NCBI GenBank assembly: GCA_964631415.1
Contig: CAZVZC010000002.1
Location: 1 to 28,637 of the forward strand
Direction: 5' to 3'
DNA from: an uncultured archaeon
GTDB lineage: Archaea; Asgardarchaeota; Thorarchaeia; Thorarchaeales; Thorarchaeaceae
Length of the DNA stretch: 28,637 nt
Program-made: the position numbers and the translations under genes
Part shown: positions 25,926 to 28,637 of the stretch, one piece after another
Numbering within the stretch: the stretch's first letter is position 1
Layout of the letters: each line of letters starts with the position of its first letter
The notes under the pieces: model-generated
What the model saw: the letters and a program-made list of their open reading frames with translations, nothing else
Told to the model about the DNA's origin: nothing
Database searches by the model: none

Positions 25926-26690
25926 ATGAATAGACAAGAGGCGCTCACAGGAACAGGGTTCCAGACAGCAGACCGAATGATGCGCCGGGTAGTGAGTACT
26001 GGGAGTAAGCCTCTGGACACTCTGTTAGGCGGCGGGTTTGAGATGGGGCTCGTGCATCTCTTCTATGGAAGCCGCTGTCTGAACGAGGACCTTCTGCGCG
26101 CTGCGGTCCAAGTACAACTCCCTGAGGAACGTGGAGGCATTAACAGTCCAACAATCATCATCGACAGTGCAAACATGATCAAGATTGACAAATTGACTGA
26201 CCTCTCGTTTGAGCTCGGACTTGAGCCAGAAGATGTGATGGACCGTATCTACATATCCCGTGCATTCAACTCGTCCCAGACGTACGACCTAGTGATGAAC
26301 CAGCTTGACCAGTTCTTTGAGAGAGCCCCTGCACGGATGCTCATTGTCGCAGGACTCCCTGACCTCTACATCACAGAGGGGCTGACAGGAGAGGGACTGC
26401 AGCAGCTCTCGCACATGGCGACAAGACTCATGGCTTTCACTCTCAGCAGGGGAATAGTGACCCTGGTATCAGCACCTTCCTCTCCAAAGAGCCCCGATCT
26501 TCCTGCCGGAGGAAAGGCTCTCGCCAGCTGTGCTCAGGTACATGTCCACGTCGCGGAGAGTGCGGCCTACTTCAAATACACACTGGCAAAGCACCCACAA
26601 TACCCTGTGAAACGAGCGTCGCGCTCAAAGCCTGTCAGCTTTGGCACCACCCTACCACTCTCTCACTTCCTTGGGGAGGAAGAAGAGTAG
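25926..26690 (+). CDS. RadA/Rad51-fold paralog lacking Walker A and Walker B (predicted inactive)
   Basis: 'STGSKPLDTLLGGG', 'VQLP.E.GG', 'IIIDS', 'VMDRIYISRAFNS', 'GGKALA', 'L.KHP..P' are RadA hallmarks. P-loop reads 'YGSRCLNEDL' and Walker B 'LIVAGL'. No N-terminal HhH domain. Confidence 0.8.
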   Translation: MNRQEALTGTGFQTADRMMRRVVSTGSKPLDTLLGGGFEMGLVHLFYGSRCLNEDLLRAAVQVQLPEERGGINSPTIIIDSANMIKIDKLTDLSFELGLEPEDVMDRIYISRAFNSSQTYDLVMNQLDQFFERAPARMLIVAGLPDLYITEGLTGEGLQQLSHMATRLMAFTLSRGIVTLVSAPSSPKSPDLPAGGKALASCAQVHVHVAESAAYFKYTLAKHPQYPVKRASRSKPVSFGTTLPLSHFLGEEEE

Positions 26691-26730
26691 AGGAGAAACA
26701 TGAGGGCTGTAGAAGAGCCATGCCCTTCCA

Positions 26731-28637
26731 CTACCCTCCTCCGGTGATACTCTTCACAAGCTCTTCGACAAGGTCACGAGGCAGTTGCTTTGCCTGCTCC
26801 ATTATGGTATCGATCTCATTAGCAGGCACACCCTTCGCCTCGAGCTGCTTCTTCAGCTCAGCCAGCTCAAAGGGACTGAGCTTGTCGCCCACGGGCGCCG
26901 CTTCCTCAGCGATGGGTCGAGTCGGCCTTGGTGTCACCTTCTCCGGGGGAGCTGGAACCTTCTCGACGACCTTCGCTTCACGTTTCAGTATGACTGGCTC
27001 CTCCGTGACTTCCTCAGGAACCTCCTCGACTGCCTTCTCCTCACCCAGTTGCCTTGTGGCTTGGGCTCTCAGCCCATCAAGGACTTGGTCTACAGTCTTA
27101 CCTTCGCGCCGAGCAACACGAAGAGCCTCTTGAGTGATTACCTCTTTGACGAAAGCAGCCTGCTCGCTCATCTTCATCTTGGAGATGTCGGCCTTGAAGT
27201 CGTCAAGTTCCTGCTGGTTGAGGTGTGTGAGCATTGACAGCTGAACCAGGAGCTCGCCCATCTCGGGTATCGCAATGCCTACTGACTCCGCAGGCACCTG
27301 GTCGACCGTCCGGGTCAGCTTCATCTCGGCGAATGTGTCATTGAACAGGTCAGCAACGAGCTGCTGTCTGCTCTTCGCTTCGGCAACTGGCTTTGGCATT
27401 CGTCCTTTCCGCAGCGCCTTGATCTGCGCATTGATCTGCCGAAGACGCTTGGGTATGCTATAGACCCTCAACCATAGGAGGAGTGCCGTCATTGCGACAA
27501 AGAAGATCGGGAAGCCATAGTTCACCGCGGTTGTCAGCGTCCTCTGCAAATCAGTCGGCACGACTACAACGGTAATGGTCTTCGTGATGTTGGCGCAGTT
27601 TGGCGCGGACATCTCTATGAGAACAGAGATTGAGTTCTCCTGCAAGAAGACTGGTATCCAGCCAGGGTCTGCAAAGATAGTCAGCTGATACCTTCCATTC
27701 CCGAGCTCAGTGGTCGATATGACGAGAACAGAACTACCGACACGTGCTTCGACAACACCTCCGGATATGCCGGGCTGTGAATGCAGTGGCCAGTTGTCAT
27801 AGTACACGACTGTCAGGACTCGGGTGTCTCCATAGGTCATGTTGATTCTGTAAACCTGCAGCCCGTCTGCCGTTATTGTCAATTCAGTTGGAATCAGGAT
27901 GATCTTTATGAACAACTCGGAGAAGCCAGCCGTCCTATTTGCAAGATACAGCCTGATAGTCAGACGATACGTATCTTTCTGGATTATGAAGTCTGCAGAA
28001 TGGAAGGTAAGACTATAGTGTCCACCAAAAAGCGGTGTGAGGTTCGCTCGCATGCCAGTTGTGTAGCCTGGATATAGCCACGAGCCCTCTGGCTGTGACC
28101 ACGAGGCACCATCAATGCCTCCAGCATATGGCGTGTCTTCTTTGGACCTAGTTGCATTGAAGAAGAATTCCAGAGAAAGGTCATCTCCAAAAGGCACTAA
28201 GTAGACATGGTTGTCAGAGTCATACACACCGCCCGAGTGATTGACCGTGACGCTTGTCGGTATTTCCATCACAAGGAGATTGAATGATCCGGATGACGGT
28301 ATGTAGTTGTCATAGAAGAACTCCAATCTGATCAGAAAAGGCTGAGTGCTAGGCGGAACAGGAGTGGTGTCAATGTGGATGGCATAACTTCCATTGCCTA
28401 AGTAGGTCGCACTGTGTTGCTGGCCGGCCCACCCGTATGTCGCACTCACGACGTGGCCATAGGACACGTTGTCAATCCCAGCTCCTGTCTCAGGATTCGT
28501 GTAGTTGAACACGAACGTGCCATTCCAACCCCAGTATCGCAGTTGCGAGCTGGGTGAACTCACCACTGTCGGAATCCTCGTAATCACTATTGTGACCACC
28601 GTGCCAGAATTCGCAAAAGCCGAGTCGGTGCTTTCCG
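26731..28637 (-). CDS. C-terminal part of a large cell-surface glycoprotein: tandem beta-sandwich repeats, single TM, ~240-aa cytoplasmic domain (5' truncated by window)
   Basis: Frame is open to the window end (..ESTDSAFANSGTVV). ~110-125-aa units begin 'IPT' with 'GNG.Y'. About ten NxS/T sequons. TM 'FPIFFVAMTALLLWL' followed by basic residues. Confidence 0.8.
   Translation of the reverse strand, partial: ESTDSAFANSGTVVTIVITRIPTVVSSPSSQLRYWGWNGTFVFNYTNPETGAGIDNVSYGHVVSATYGWAGQQHSATYLGNGSYAIHIDTTPVPPSTQPFLIRLEFFYDNYIPSSGSFNLLVMEIPTSVTVNHSGGVYDSDNHVYLVPFGDDLSLEFFFNATRSKEDTPYAGGIDGASWSQPEGSWLYPGYTTGMRANLTPLFGGHYSLTFHSADFIIQKDTYRLTIRLYLANRTAGFSELFIKIILIPTELTITADGLQVYRINMTYGDTRVLTVVYYDNWPLHSQPGISGGVVEARVGSSVLVISTTELGNGRYQLTIFADPGWIPVFLQENSISVLIEMSAPNCANITKTITVVVVPTDLQRTLTTAVNYGFPIFFVAMTALLLWLRVYSIPKRLRQINAQIKALRKGRMPKPVAEAKSRQQLVADLFNDTFAEMKLTRTVDQVPAESVGIAIPEMGELLVQLSMLTHLNQQELDDFKADISKMKMSEQAAFVKEVITQEALRVARREGKTVDQVLDGLRAQATRQLGEEKAVEEVPEEVTEEPVILKREAKVVEKVPAPPEKVTPRPTRPIAEEAAPVGDKLSPFELAELKKQLEAKGVPANEIDTIMEQAKQLPRDLVEELVKSITGGG

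Overview
Archaeal chromosomal window, gene-dense. Archaeal origin is supported by TATA-like boxes ~23 nt before leaderless ATGs, GAGGTG RBSs, and RFC, Orc1/Cdc6, RadA-fold, RIO and DUF2240-like genes. The repertoire suggests an Asgard archaeon, probably Thorarchaeota, but this is inference. It holds about 25 CDSs, an N-terminally truncated TnpB remnant with 3' hairpins, and a decayed MFS pseudogene not visible in the ORF track. No rRNA, tRNA or CRISPR array was seen. Top signal: an ERCC3/Ssl2-type XPB with the N-terminal clutch-binding domain lies 3.5 kb from a gene resembling TFIIH p52/Tfb2 (clutch domain plus p8-like domain), a candidate proto-TFIIH translocase module. Other signals: three divergent tandem paralogous 4-TM proteins of unknown family, and three apparently catalytically dead enzymes with intact ORFs (Orc1/Cdc6, RadA-fold, and a membrane-anchored M28 fold reminiscent of nicastrin/nicalin). 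All family calls are from motif recognition by eye; no searches were run.
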